Source of the DNA: an uncultured Acidobacteriota bacterium
GTDB lineage: Bacteria; Acidobacteriota; Thermoanaerobaculia; Gp7-AA8
Direction: 5' to 3'
DNA: 64,000 bases
Assembly (NCBI GenBank): GCA_963741955.1
Contig: CAVUKB010000005.1
Coordinates: 1,152,001 to 1,216,000, forward strand
The notes beneath the pieces are model-generated. The model was not told the origin of the DNA and did not search any database. It saw only the letters and a program-made list of their open reading frames with translations. Position numbers and translations under genes: made by a program. The stretch's first letter is position 1. Each line of letters starts with the position of its first letter. Positions 63,913-64,000 of this stretch are shown here, one piece after another.

Positions 63913-64000
63913 GTGGAAGATCGACCCGAGACCCGCGAGCTCCGCCGGGCGATGGGGTTCGGCGACGTCACGCTCTTTTTCATCACCGCGGTGCTCAGTC
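63913..64000 (+). CDS. 5' end of an APC-family amino acid permease
   Basis: TACAAT, SD aggagg, GTG start, ELRRAMGFGDVTLFFITAVLS. Confidence 0.75.
   Translation, partial: MEDRPETRELRRAMGFGDVTLFFITAVLS

Overview
GC-rich bacterial window. Gene content (Hanks kinase with TPRs, large secreted Ig/FG-GAP proteins, M20/M28 peptidases) suggests Acidobacteriota, possibly Thermoanaerobaculia; this is inference. Housekeeping blocks are thrABC, a wHTH-regulated uppS/geranylgeranyl-reductase-like cluster, panE, cstA, cardiolipin synthase, two two-component systems, a Lon-like protease, TauE and MscS. These are interleaved with an unusual load of palindromic repeat DNA. An intact-looking REP-associated tyrosine transposase (RAYT, 61729-62370) is embedded in REP/REPIN arrays that also fill 57695-59342. 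A sister REP with compensatory stem changes is inserted in frame inside uppS. A 4.4 kb array of 13 inverted-pair units lies at 13253-17643, and a third REP-like cluster at 10488-11170. There are also several heptamer simple-repeat families and two kinds of MITE. A lower-GC mgtA + PTS-EIIA segment sits next to an ISL3 element and its MITE, and 36465-38200 is a mosaic of gene fragments (RAYT N-terminus, RHS piece, broken toxin-antitoxin modules). No rRNA, tRNA or CRISPR array was recognised. All calls come from reading motifs by eye; no searches were run.
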